A stretch of 32,890 bases of DNA from an uncultured bacterium (GCA_967797495.1 CBRGMI010000002.1:1-32890), one strand, 5' to 3'. Counted from the first letter of the stretch, positions 15,285-23,498 are shown. A program made the numbers and translations. Notes: generated by a model from the letters alone, not told the origin.

Positions 15285-16700
15285 ATGTTCAGCAAGTTCC
15301 TCAGCAGCCGGGCGTGGTTGGTCGCGCTCGTAACGTTCGCGACGGCCTTCCCCATCGTCCCGCTCGCCGAAGGTGAGGTCCCGATCCCTCAGGGATCGCG
15401 CACGAGCCTGCCGAACATCGTGCTCATCCTCACCGACGACCAGCGAGCCGACACGCTGCGGTACATGCCGAACGTTCAGCGCCTGCTGGTCGACCAGGGG
15501 ATCCGGTTCAGCAACGGCTACGTGGTCAACCCGCTCTGCTGCCCGAGTCGCGCCAGCATCCTGACCGGCTCGTACTCACACACCACCGGCGTGTACACGA
15601 ACGACCCCGACATGCACGGAGGGTTCCCCGCATTCCGCGACGGTTCGACGATCGCGACCTGGCTCCAGGCGGCGGGATATCGGACCTCGCTGTTCGGCAA
15701 GTATCTCAACGGGTACGGCGTGACGACGTATGTGCCGCCCGGGTGGGATCGGTGGTTCGCCACCTTCAGGAACGGCGCCTACTTCGACTACGCGGCAGTT
15801 GCCGACGGTGACCCGATGCAGTTCGGTCAGGATCCCGCCGACTACGGGACGACGGTCCTGCGCGACCGAGCCGTGTCGTTCATCCGGGGCACCGAGGAGT
15901 CGCAACCGCTCTTCATGTACTTCGCTCCGCACGCGCCGCACGAACCGGCGATCCCCGAGAGGCGCGACCGAGACGCGTTCATCTCGGAGTCCCCTCGCCA
16001 GTCCATCAGCTTCGACGAACGCGACACCTCGGACAAGCCGGCGAACGTCCGTAGGCTGGCGAGGATCGATGTGCAGACCCGCAGGGACATCGACGAATTC
16101 CGGCTCGACCAGATCCGGAGCCTGCAGTCCGTCGATCGGTCAGTGGCTGCTGTGGTCGACGCGCTCGAGGACACGGGCCGCCTCGAGAACACGATGCTCG
16201 TGTTCACCTCGGACAACGGCATGTTCTGGGGCGAGCACCGCCTCCGCGGAAAGAGCCAGGTGTACGAAGAGGCGATCGGCGTCCCCTTCGTCGTGCGGTA
16301 CGACGCGATGATCGAGACCCCTCGCGTCGACAGGAACCTCGTCGTCAACATCGATCTGGCCCCCACCTTCGCGGAGCTGGCCGGGGTGGGAGCACCGGGA
16401 GCCGAGGGTCGCAGCCTCCTTCCCCGCTTGCGCTCGTCGAGCTCCCCCTGGCGCGACGCCTTCCTCGTCGAGCACATGGCGAAGGGTTCGTTCGGCGCTC
16501 CGACCTTCTGCGCGATCCACACCGACCGGTTCGTGCTCGTCCGGTATTCGACGGGCGAGGAGGAGCTGTACGACCTGGTCCGTGATCCACACCAGATGGA
16601 GAACGTGGCAGGCTCCGCTCGGTACGAAGAGCAGCGCGGATCACTCCGAGGTCGGCTCCGCATGCTCTGCGACCCGCTGCCGCCCGGCTTCTCCTTCTAA
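15285..16700 (+). CDS. Secreted Cys-type sulfatase (N-acetylglucosamine-6-sulfatase/arylsulfatase family)
   Basis: SD GGGAGG (15271-15276) lies 8 nt before ATG15285. The signal peptide is MFSKFLSSRAWLVALVTFATAF. Metal site is LTDDQRAD. The formylglycine motif is LCCPSRASILTG, and GKYLNGY is also present. Confidence 0.85.
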   Translation: MFSKFLSSRAWLVALVTFATAFPIVPLAEGEVPIPQGSRTSLPNIVLILTDDQRADTLRYMPNVQRLLVDQGIRFSNGYVVNPLCCPSRASILTGSYSHTTGVYTNDPDMHGGFPAFRDGSTIATWLQAAGYRTSLFGKYLNGYGVTTYVPPGWDRWFATFRNGAYFDYAAVADGDPMQFGQDPADYGTTVLRDRAVSFIRGTEESQPLFMYFAPHAPHEPAIPERRDRDAFISESPRQSISFDERDTSDKPANVRRLARIDVQTRRDIDEFRLDQIRSLQSVDRSVAAVVDALEDTGRLENTMLVFTSDNGMFWGEHRLRGKSQVYEEAIGVPFVVRYDAMIETPRVDRNLVVNIDLAPTFAELAGVGAPGAEGRSLLPRLRSSSSPWRDAFLVEHMAKGSFGAPTFCAIHTDRFVLVRYSTGEEELYDLVRDPHQMENVAGSARYEEQRGSLRGRLRMLCDPLPPGFSF

Positions 16701-16714
16701 ACCCGATCCATCAC

Positions 16715-16748
16715 GCGAGGACCCGGCTCCGCAGGGCCGGGTCCTCGC
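16715..16748 (+). terminator. Strong GC hairpin downstream of the sulfatase gene
   Basis: gcgaggacccgg (16715-16726) pairs perfectly with ccgggtcctcgc (16737-16748). Three more pairs are possible around a cgca tetraloop. There is no U-tract, which is common in high-GC actinobacteria. Confidence 0.55.
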
Positions 16749-16753
16749 GCAAG

Positions 16754-16759
16754 TAGCAT
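16754..16759 (+). promoter_or_regulatory. -10 box TAGCAT placed 6 nt before ATG16766 (leaderless-type arrangement)
   Basis: Read directly: aagTAGCATccgcggATG. There is no SD. Confidence 0.4.
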
Positions 16760-16765
16760 CCGCGG

Positions 16766-17437
16766 ATGGCTCGACGCGGCGACCTGAACGGATGGTGGCG
16801 GTTCGGCATCGCCGTCGTGGGCTTCTCGTGCCGCGTCCTGTTCCGACTCCGCATCGAGGGTGCCGACCGGGTCCCGTCCCGGGGCCCCGCGATCGTCGCC
16901 GGCAACCACGTCTCGGCGCTCGACGGCGTCGTGCTGGCCCTGACCACGAGCTCGCGCAGCCGGCGCATGACCCGGTTCCTGGTCGCCGCGGAGTTCTTCC
17001 GCAAGCCCTGGTGCGGGTGGGCCCTGCGTCTGTACCGCCAGATCCCGCTCCGTCGCGGTCAGCGCGATCAGGGCGCGCTCGATGTCGCGATCGACACGAT
17101 CCGTGGCGGGGCGCTGGCCGGCATCTTCCCGGAGGGAACGGTCAACCCGGAACCGGGGGCCGGGCTGATGCGGGGTCGCAAGGGAGCGGCTCGGATCGCC
17201 CTGGCGACCGAGGCACCCGTGGTCCCCGTCGGCATCTGGGGGACGCAGGCCCGGTGGCCGAGATCGGGCCTGCACTTCCGGCGTCCGTGGCGACCGGTCG
17301 TCGCCATCTCCTACGGCCACCCGATCCCGCCGAACGGCGACCCTGATTCGGCGGCGGACGTGCAGACGTTCACGGACGTCATCATCGACGCACTCGCCGC
17401 GCAGGCGGAGCGGGCGAAGGAGCTCGCCGAGGCGTAG
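16766..17437 (+). CDS. Lysophospholipid / 1-acyl-sn-glycerol-3-phosphate acyltransferase (PlsC family)
   Basis: 223 aa. The acyltransferase motifs are NHVSALD (HX4D) and FPEGT. Confidence 0.85.
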   Translation: MARRGDLNGWWRFGIAVVGFSCRVLFRLRIEGADRVPSRGPAIVAGNHVSALDGVVLALTTSSRSRRMTRFLVAAEFFRKPWCGWALRLYRQIPLRRGQRDQGALDVAIDTIRGGALAGIFPEGTVNPEPGAGLMRGRKGAARIALATEAPVVPVGIWGTQARWPRSGLHFRRPWRPVVAISYGHPIPPNGDPDSAADVQTFTDVIIDALAAQAERAKELAEA

Positions 17438-17441
17438 GGCA

Positions 17442-18083
17442 TCAGCCGACGTGATCGGCGAACCACGAGGCCGCGAGCTCGGCCACGCGCTCGAGCGCCC
17501 CCGGCTCCTCGAACAGGTGAGTGGCCCCGGCGACGATCTCGAGCCGTGTCTCGGATCGCAGGCGACCTTGCGCCTGCCGGTTGAGCTCGAGCACCCGGAG
17601 GTCGGCGCCCCCGACGATCAGCAACGTCGGCGCCGTCACGGCCTCGAGCGCGTCCCCCGCGAGATCGGGCCGTCCGCCGCGCGAGACGACGGTCGCGACG
17701 TCGGGCCCCAGATGAGCGGCCGCCACGAGCGCGGCCGCCGCCCCGGTGCTCGCCCCGAACAAGGCCGTCGGCAGTTGGCCGACGTCGGGATCACCCCGCA
17801 GCCAGCCGACCGCCCCCTCGAGCCGCCGCGAGAGCAGCCCGATGTCGAAGACCTTGTCGCGATCCCCCGCCTCGTCGTCGGTCAGGAGGTCGAGTAACAG
17901 GGTCCCGAGACCCTCGGCCTGCAGACGCTCCGCGACGCGCACGTTGCGAGGCGATCGCCGGCTCGAGCCGCTTCCGTGCGCGAACACCACCACGCCGATC
18001 GCCGGTTCGGGGATCGCGAGGTCGCCGGGCAGGCTCAGCCCGTCGGCCTCGACGGTCACGGTTCGGGAAAGGACGTCCGCCAT
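17442..18083 (-). CDS. Alpha/beta hydrolase, dienelactone-hydrolase-like
   Basis: Motifs are VVFAHGSGSSRRSPRN and nucleophile-elbow-like GASTGA. I prefer ATG18083 (MADVLSRTVTVEADG) because the track start at 18128 lies inside the terminator hairpin. Confidence 0.75.
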   Translation of the reverse strand: MADVLSRTVTVEADGLSLPGDLAIPEPAIGVVVFAHGSGSSRRSPRNVRVAERLQAEGLGTLLLDLLTDDEAGDRDKVFDIGLLSRRLEGAVGWLRGDPDVGQLPTALFGASTGAAAALVAAAHLGPDVATVVSRGGRPDLAGDALEAVTAPTLLIVGGADLRVLELNRQAQGRLRSETRLEIVAGATHLFEEPGALERVAELAASWFADHVG

Positions 18084-18099
18084 CAGCCCAAAAGCGGGA

Positions 18100-18126
18100 G
18101 GGCCGGCCCGCCGTGCGGGCCGGCCC
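18100..18126 (-). terminator. Intrinsic-terminator-like hairpin after the sigma factor gene
   Basis: Perfect 11-bp stem gggccggcccg / cgggccggccc with a 5-nt loop, 30 nt after the stop at 18157. On the minus strand it is followed by tcccgCTTTTgggctg. Confidence 0.6.
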
Positions 18127-18156
18127 ACCCGGCGCCCCTCGTCCGAGTCGTCGGCG

Positions 18157-19089
18157 TCACATCGCCGCGACGGCGGAGATCAGGTTCGAATCTCGGAGCT
18201 TTCGCAGCGCCTCGCGCTCGATCAGTCGAACGCGTTCGCCCGAGAGACCGAGCACCTTGCCCGTCTCCCGCAGCGACAGCGGCTGCCCGTTTTCCAGGCC
18301 GTACCGGAGCGCCACGACGTGCCGCTCGCGCTCGTCGAGCACGCGATCGACGGCCGTCCCGATCTCCTCGCGGAGCAGGGCGTCCTCGACCTCGTTGAAC
18401 GCGGCGTCCGAGTCGACCTCCTCGATCAGGTCGCCCAGCTCGGTGTCCTCGCCCACGGGCGACTGCAGCGACAGCGGCTCGCGGCGGCCCATCTCGGTCA
18501 GGTCGTCGATCTCGTCGACCGTCGTGTCGAGCGCCTTCGCGAGCTCGTCGCGGCTGGGCTCACGGCCCATCGTCTGGGCGAACTGGAACCGCGTGCGGTT
18601 CAGCTTGCGCAGCCGGTCGTGGATGTGCACCGGCAGCCGGATCGAACGCGAGCGATCGGCGATCGCCCTCGTGATCCCCTGACGGATCCACCACGTCGCG
18701 TACGTGGAGAACTTGAAGCCGCGGCGCCAGTCGAACAACTCGACCGCGCGCATGAGCCCGATGTTGCCCTCCTGGATCAGGTCGAGCAGCGGCAGCCCCT
18801 GGCCCTGGTACTTCCGGGCGACCGAGACGACCAGCCGCAGGTTGGCCATGATGAAGCGCTGCCGGGCGGCCTCTGCCTTCCGGACCTCCTGGCGAGCCTT
18901 CATGATCGAACGCTCGGACCGCAGCCGGCCGGCGCGCAGGCGCTCCTCCCCCTCCTTGCCATGCTCGATCAGGATGGCGAGCTCGACCTCCTCCTCCTTG
19001 GTGAGGAGTGGCTCGCGCGCCGCCGCCTCCAGGTACAGCCGGAGGTCGTCGGCGTCATCCGTGCCGAGCGGACGTGCAGGTTCTGGCAT
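18157..19089 (-). CDS. RNA polymerase sigma-70 family factor (group 2/3-like, non-ECF)
   Basis: 310 aa. Region 2 is [42 protein letters not shown]. Region 3 is present. Region 4 is [40 protein letters not shown] lies upstream of ATG19089. Confidence 0.9.
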   Translation of the reverse strand: MPEPARPLGTDDADDLRLYLEAAAREPLLTKEEEVELAILIEHGKEGEERLRAGRLRSERSIMKARQEVRKAEAARQRFIMANLRLVVSVARKYQGQGLPLLDLIQEGNIGLMRAVELFDWRRGFKFSTYATWWIRQGITRAIADRSRSIRLPVHIHDRLRKLNRTRFQFAQTMGREPSRDELAKALDTTVDEIDDLTEMGRREPLSLQSPVGEDTELGDLIEEVDSDAAFNEVEDALLREEIGTAVDRVLDERERHVVALRYGLENGQPLSLRETGKVLGLSGERVRLIEREALRKLRDSNLISAVAAM

Positions 19090-19215
19090 GAACTCACTCT
19101 CCTCCTCGAAGCCTCCGTACGGAGCGTGCTTCGCCCCTAGAGGTCTTCGGGACCGTTCTCAGTCGATAGGGCCCCGGGCATACGGAGACCGGCCTCCCCG
19201 GGCCACCGGGGACCC

Positions 19216-19244
19216 ATGCTAGCCCCGCCCCAGAGCCCTGTAAA
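19216..19244 (-). promoter_or_regulatory. Near-consensus housekeeping-type promoter TTTACA-N17-TAGCAT for the sigma factor gene
   Basis: The minus strand reads ggcTTTACAgggctctggggcggggcTAGCATggg. It predicts a TSS near 19209 and a GC-rich 5' leader of about 120 nt. Confidence 0.5.
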
Positions 19245-19414
19245 GCCGACACACGTGTAGACCTCGTGCTGATACCGAGTATTCCCGATCCGTGCCTGTC
19301 CAAGCGTCGGGGAAGCGGAACGCCACCAGACATTCACATGGCGGTCCCGGCCGGGATGCGCCCCGGCCACCCGGCTCGGGTTCGATGAGCGAGTTTCGGG
19401 CGAGAGGAGGCGGC

Positions 19415-19678
19415 ATGGATCGCGACACACTGATGGACGACCTGGACCTGCTCCTCGAGCGGAGCCAGGGCGAGCTCCCTGGCGAGTGGGACTGGGAGCC
19501 CCCCCTCGGGATGGGCGCCCCGGTCGGGATCTCGGCCGCGGAGCCAAGGGAGAGGGAGGACTCCCACACCGGGGCCTCGAGCGACGGAGCGAGCTACGCG
19601 GTGGACGGGCCAGAGGACGAAGCAGGGAACGAAGCAGAGGACGAAGAAGAGGACGAAGAAGAAGACGAGGACGACTGA
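19415..19678 (+). CDS. Small, very acidic hypothetical protein with a poly-Asp/Glu tail
   Basis: SD GAGGAGG (19404-19410) lies 4 nt before ATG19415. The protein is MDRDTLMDDLDLLLERSQGELPGEWDWEPPLG...EDEAGNEAEDEEEDEEEDEDD. GC3 is high in the first two-thirds, and the tail uses GAA/GAC runs. No family is recognised. An alternative ATG is at 19385. Confidence 0.4.
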   Translation: MDRDTLMDDLDLLLERSQGELPGEWDWEPPLGMGAPVGISAAEPREREDSHTGASSDGASYAVDGPEDEAGNEAEDEEEDEEEDEDD

Positions 19679-19725
19679 GCTTTCCTTCGGCAAGAGCCGG
19701 GTCCCCGGGCTGCCCTTGGCCCCCG

Positions 19726-21051
19726 TCAGGCGGCGCGGACCGACAGGACGGGCGCCAGATCCCGCGCCACGACCCGCCAGGTCCCACCGGCATCCGAGGA
19801 ACCGAACACGTCCCCCGACGTCGCGCCGAACCATAGGCCCAGCGGGGTTCCGTCGTCGCGGGCGAACGCCTGACGAAGGATCGTGAGGTACGCGTCGTTC
19901 TGCGGGAGCCCCTCGGTCCGACCGGTCCACGTCGCGCCGGCGTCGCGCGTCTCGAACACCCGGAGCCGCCCCTGCGCCGAGACCCGGTCGATGTCCGAGT
20001 TCAGCGGGATCACGTAGGCGGCCTCGGGGTCGTTCGGATCGATGACCATCGGGAACCCGAAATCGCTCGGCAGACCGCCGGCGATGCTGGTCCACGAGCG
20101 CGCGGCGTCATCGGAGCGGTAGACGCCGCCGTGGAACTGCATGAAGAGGCGTTCGGGTCGGAGCGGCGACCGGTGCATGTTGTGGACGCAGCGGGCGAGC
20201 GGCTCGGTGGAGCGCGCCTCCTCCGGCAGGTACCGCGGGACGATGCCCGCGTTGCCGATCTCCCACGACGCTCCCCCGTCCTCGGTGACCCACACGCCGA
20301 CCGAGGAGATGCCGACGGCGAGGCGATCGGGCTCGCCCGGCCACGGACAGATGGAGTGCAGGCACAGGCCGCCGGCCCCGGGCCCCCAGTCCGGCCGGCT
20401 CGGCTGATCCCAGAGCGGCCGGTTGAGCTCCCACGTGACCCCGTCGTCGCGGCTCTCGAACAGCGCAGCGGGGTCGACCCCGGCGTACAGGACGCCGTCC
20501 CGTTCACCCGGCGTGATCACCCACGTGCGGACCAGGGTCGTGTCCGTCTCCTCGGGGAACCGGGGACCCTCCGCCTGCTCCCAGGCCCCGGTCGGGTCGT
20601 CCGTCAGGTAGACCCGCGGCCCGAACTGCCCGTGGGTGACGCTCGCGAAGTACCGACCCGTCCGAGGGTCGCGGTTCGCGAACTCGACCGAGCTCCCCGG
20701 GAACGCCCGGGCCACGACGTCCATCTCGCCCTCGCGATCGCCGCGCAGCACGAACAGACCCTTCTTCGTCCCGACCAGGAGCTCCGTCGCTGCCCCGCCG
20801 GAGACGGCTCCGATCACATCGAGGCGTTCCTCGCTCGCGACGCGGGCGTCGCCGTCGACCCGTTCGCCCCCGAGGAACACGGCGACGTGCTGACGGACCT
20901 GCCCTCGGTCGTCGAGGATCCAGCCGTCGAGCCTCGGGTGTGACCGTTCGAGCTCGCGCAGCACATCGACGACGGTGCCGCCCTGGACGATCACCTCGCG
21001 ATGTCCCTCGGCCAGCTCGCGGAGCGGGGGCCGCAGTCGGACGATCGCCAT
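19726..21051 (-). CDS. Fusion protein: MoaD/ThiS-like beta-grasp domain ending in Gly-Gly, joined to a BNR/Asp-box beta-propeller (annotated in databases as exo-alpha-sialidase/glycosyl-hydrolase-like)
   Basis: Residues 1-86 (MAIVRLRPPL...RLDVIGAVSGG) look like a sulfur-carrier or ubiquitin-like fold with the SGG end at nt 20794-20799. The reading frame continues without a stop into a propeller with Asp-boxes SRDDGVTW, TEDGGASW, SDDAARSW, TRDAGATW and SSDAGGTW. I prefer ATG21051. Confidence 0.8.
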   Translation of the reverse strand: MAIVRLRPPLRELAEGHREVIVQGGTVVDVLRELERSHPRLDGWILDDRGQVRQHVAVFLGGERVDGDARVASEERLDVIGAVSGGAATELLVGTKKGLFVLRGDREGEMDVVARAFPGSSVEFANRDPRTGRYFASVTHGQFGPRVYLTDDPTGAWEQAEGPRFPEETDTTLVRTWVITPGERDGVLYAGVDPAALFESRDDGVTWELNRPLWDQPSRPDWGPGAGGLCLHSICPWPGEPDRLAVGISSVGVWVTEDGGASWEIGNAGIVPRYLPEEARSTEPLARCVHNMHRSPLRPERLFMQFHGGVYRSDDAARSWTSIAGGLPSDFGFPMVIDPNDPEAAYVIPLNSDIDRVSAQGRLRVFETRDAGATWTGRTEGLPQNDAYLTILRQAFARDDGTPLGLWFGATSGDVFGSSDAGGTWRVVARDLAPVLSVRAA

Positions 21052-21057
21052 GCCCCG

Positions 21058-21063
21058 AGTGTA
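21058..21063 (-). promoter_or_regulatory. -10 box TACACT placed 6 nt before ATG21051 (leaderless-type arrangement)
   Basis: The minus strand reads ctcTACACTcggggcATG. There is no SD. Confidence 0.4.
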
Positions 21064-21067
21064 GAGA

Positions 21068-21988
21068 ATGGCGGGCGGAGGTCGCCGAACGCCCATGCAG
21101 ATCGAGCTGCCGCCGAGCCGGTTCGCGGACCTGGACGGTCCCCTGCACTACGTCGAGTGGAACGGGCCGCCCGGGCGCACGTTCGTGCTCGTCCACGGCC
21201 TCGGAGGCTCGCTGCTTTCGTGGCTCGCGGTGGCGCCGGGTCTCGCGAGGCACGGGCGGGTGCTCGCGATGGACCTGCCGGGGTTCGGCCGGACCGAGCG
21301 CAACGGGCGCCGCAGCCGCGTCAGCGACCTCCGAGAAACCGTGTCGAGGTTCGTGAACGAGGTCGCGGGCGGGGGACCGGTCGTGCTCGTCGGGAACTCG
21401 ATGGGCGGCGGGATCTCGATGCTCGAGGCCGCGCTCGAGCCCGCGGCGGTCGATGCGCTCGTCCTGTCGAACTCGGTCTTCCCCTGGAGGCGCGGCTCGT
21501 CGCTGCCGGCGCCGATCGTGCTGGTCGGGTTCGCGCTGTACGAGCTCCCCCGGGTCGGCGAGTGGGCGTCACGGCAACGCGTCACGCGCCTGGAGGCCGA
21601 GCGCGCGGTCGAGCTGGGTCTGCGCATCATCGCCGCCGACCCCTCGACGATCCCCGACGAGCTCGTCCGCCTCCACGTGGAGCAGCTCGTCCGCCACCAG
21701 CAGAACCCCGACGCCGGGCAGGCGTTCCTCGAGGCCGCCCGGTCGCTGCTGGCGCTCGGCCGCCGGCGGGACGTCGTGCGCTGGATCATCGGGTCGGTGA
21801 AGCCCCCGGTGCTCGTCGTCCACGGGCGCGAGGACCGGCTCGTCCCGCTCGGGTTCGCCATGGGGGCGCTCGAGCTCCGGCCGGACTGGGACATGCGGCT
21901 GATCCCGAAGGTGGGCCACGTGCCGCAGATGGAGGCGCCCGAACGCTGGCTCGCCGCCGTCGAGCCCTGGGTCGAAGGCCTGGGCTAG
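21068..21988 (+). CDS. Alpha/beta hydrolase fold protein
   Basis: Motifs are VLVHGLGGS and nucleophile elbow GNSMGG, with a distal His in GHVPQME. The start is uncertain: ATG21068, or ATG21095 (MQIELPPS). Confidence 0.8.
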   Translation: MAGGGRRTPMQIELPPSRFADLDGPLHYVEWNGPPGRTFVLVHGLGGSLLSWLAVAPGLARHGRVLAMDLPGFGRTERNGRRSRVSDLRETVSRFVNEVAGGGPVVLVGNSMGGGISMLEAALEPAAVDALVLSNSVFPWRRGSSLPAPIVLVGFALYELPRVGEWASRQRVTRLEAERAVELGLRIIAADPSTIPDELVRLHVEQLVRHQQNPDAGQAFLEAARSLLALGRRRDVVRWIIGSVKPPVLVVHGREDRLVPLGFAMGALELRPDWDMRLIPKVGHVPQMEAPERWLAAVEPWVEGLG

Positions 21989-23379
21989 AGGCCGGCGGCC
22001 TTCGAGACCTCGGCGAGCGATTCCTCGAGCGCGAACGCGAGCCGTTGCACGTCCGGCATGCCGTCGTAGTCGCCGGTCAGCCCGAACGCCATCGTCCCTC
22101 CGATCGAGGTACACGCGATCGACAGCGCCGAGTTCTCGCCGAGCGGGAGCGAGGGGTACTGCGCGACGAGCCGCGCGCCCGCCATGTACATCGGTTGCGG
22201 CGGTCCGGGGATGTTCGACACGACGAGGTTAAACCACGGACCCCGGCTCGCCAGGCGGGCGGCGGCGGCGAGCAGGCCGCCGGGCGCGTAGGCGCCGAGG
22301 CCGATGATCGCGTCGGCGCTCATCGCCATCATCGAGTCCTTCAGGTGGCCGGTCCCCTCGCGCACCATCGCCAGGCGGCGCTTCGGGCCCATCGCCCCGA
22401 CCGGCAGGTCGACGAACGCCGGCGCCACCCGGTTGCCGAGCGACGCGTCGCGGCCTCCCTGCACGGAGACCGGCACCATCACGCGGAGCGTGCGGCCCCG
22501 GGTCGGCTCCTTCCGGTCCCGCAAGAGTCGATGCAGCGCGCCGCCCACGACGGTGAGCACCGCGTCGTTCACCGTCCCGCCCAACGTGTCCTTGATCTCC
22601 TTGAAGCGCTGGAGCGGCGCATCGGTGATGGCGAACCGCCGGTTGGGGCCGATCTGCACGTCGAGCGGCGACGCGGGCCGCGCGCCCATGTCCAGGATGC
22701 TGCGGAACCCCGACAGGACGGTGCCGACGTCGAGCGCCGCGACGGCGGGCGAGCGGCGGACCGCGTCCATCCCGTTCATCAGCGCCTGGACCGGGTGGGC
22801 GAACAGGGTCTCGGTGGCCTCGCGGAGCAGGTCCTGCGAGGACGGCTCCGGTTCTGGGTCCCAGGCGGGCGGCGGTGGTTCCTCGGGCGGCTCCGGCGAC
22901 AGGTCGAACAGGGCCGCGGTCAGGTGCATGCCCGACAGGCCGTCGATCATCGCGTGATGCACCTTCATCAGGGTCGCGACGTGCCCGCCCTCGAGCCCCT
23001 CGATCACGTAGAGCTCCCACAGCGGCTTCGACCGGTCGAGCGGTCGAGAGAGGATCCGTTGGACCTGTTCGCCGAGCTCGACCCGACCGCCGGGGTGCGG
23101 GAGTGCCGCGCGTCGGATGTGGAAGTCCAGGTCGAACGCGGCGTCGTCCACCCAGACCGGCAACGCGAGCCCGAACGGGACCATCTTCACCTTCTGCCGT
23201 AGGCGCGGCGCGCGGTGCAGGCGCGAGGCGAACACCTGCTCGACGTCCTCGAACCGTAGCCGTCCGTCCGGACGCGTCGAGGGGTCGAGCACGGAGAGCC
23301 CGGCGACGTGCATGTGCATCGCCGGCCGCTCCAGGTACAGGAACGACGCGTCGAGTGCGGTCAGGCGTTCGGTGGCCAT
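21985..23379 (-). CDS. Wax ester synthase / acyl-CoA:diacylglycerol acyltransferase (WS/DGAT)
   Basis: 464 aa. The catalytic motif is HHAMIDG and the N-terminus is LDASFLYLE. The stop shares the tetranucleotide CTAG with the convergent hydrolase gene. Confidence 0.9.
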   Translation of the reverse strand: MATERLTALDASFLYLERPAMHMHVAGLSVLDPSTRPDGRLRFEDVEQVFASRLHRAPRLRQKVKMVPFGLALPVWVDDAAFDLDFHIRRAALPHPGGRVELGEQVQRILSRPLDRSKPLWELYVIEGLEGGHVATLMKVHHAMIDGLSGMHLTAALFDLSPEPPEEPPPPAWDPEPEPSSQDLLREATETLFAHPVQALMNGMDAVRRSPAVAALDVGTVLSGFRSILDMGARPASPLDVQIGPNRRFAITDAPLQRFKEIKDTLGGTVNDAVLTVVGGALHRLLRDRKEPTRGRTLRVMVPVSVQGGRDASLGNRVAPAFVDLPVGAMGPKRRLAMVREGTGHLKDSMMAMSADAIIGLGAYAPGGLLAAAARLASRGPWFNLVVSNIPGPPQPMYMAGARLVAQYPSLPLGENSALSIACTSIGGTMAFGLTGDYDGMPDVQRLAFALEESLAEVSKAAGL

Positions 23380-23498
23380 CGGACCCTTTCCCGGGGGGCT
23401 ATCGCTCGCGCGTCAGCGCTCGCTCCTCGAGCCCCCCGAACCCCCATCACCGTACCGCTCCACGACCGGCGTCGAAACCGGTGCTAGCCTCGCCCGCG

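Noticed and set aside
18184-18194. tRNA T-loop-like motif GGTTCGAATCT
   Set aside because: It lies inside the 3' end of the sigma factor CDS. The flanks cannot form a 5-bp T-stem or an acceptor stem. A similar GGTTCGAGCCC at 9961-9971 sits in a 31-bp intergenic gap that is too short for a tRNA, and it also lacks stem complementarity.
19094-19333. 79-aa minus-strand ORF within the sigma factor leader
   Set aside because: It has no SD, poor codon-position GC pattern and a Gly/Arg/Pro-rich sequence. The region is better explained as a 5' UTR downstream of the TTTACA-N17-TAGCAT promoter.
19679-19725. Possible bidirectional terminator between the acidic ORF and the MoaD-BNR gene
   Set aside because: Only short imperfect CCGGG/CCCGG pairings with a loop that is too small could be drawn. 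This is not convincing without folding software. The small hairpin ctcatcg-gcg-cgatgag at 30910-30926 is likewise too weak to call.
21001-23202. 733-aa plus-strand ORF and similar long Arg-rich ORFs (162..1472, 3640..4857, 6523..7608, 8683..9816, 23484..24647, 28621..30834 upstream part)
   Set aside because: All are alternative frames of genes with clear domain signatures. They have extreme Arg/Pro/Gly content, lack any conserved motif and lack sensible start contexts.
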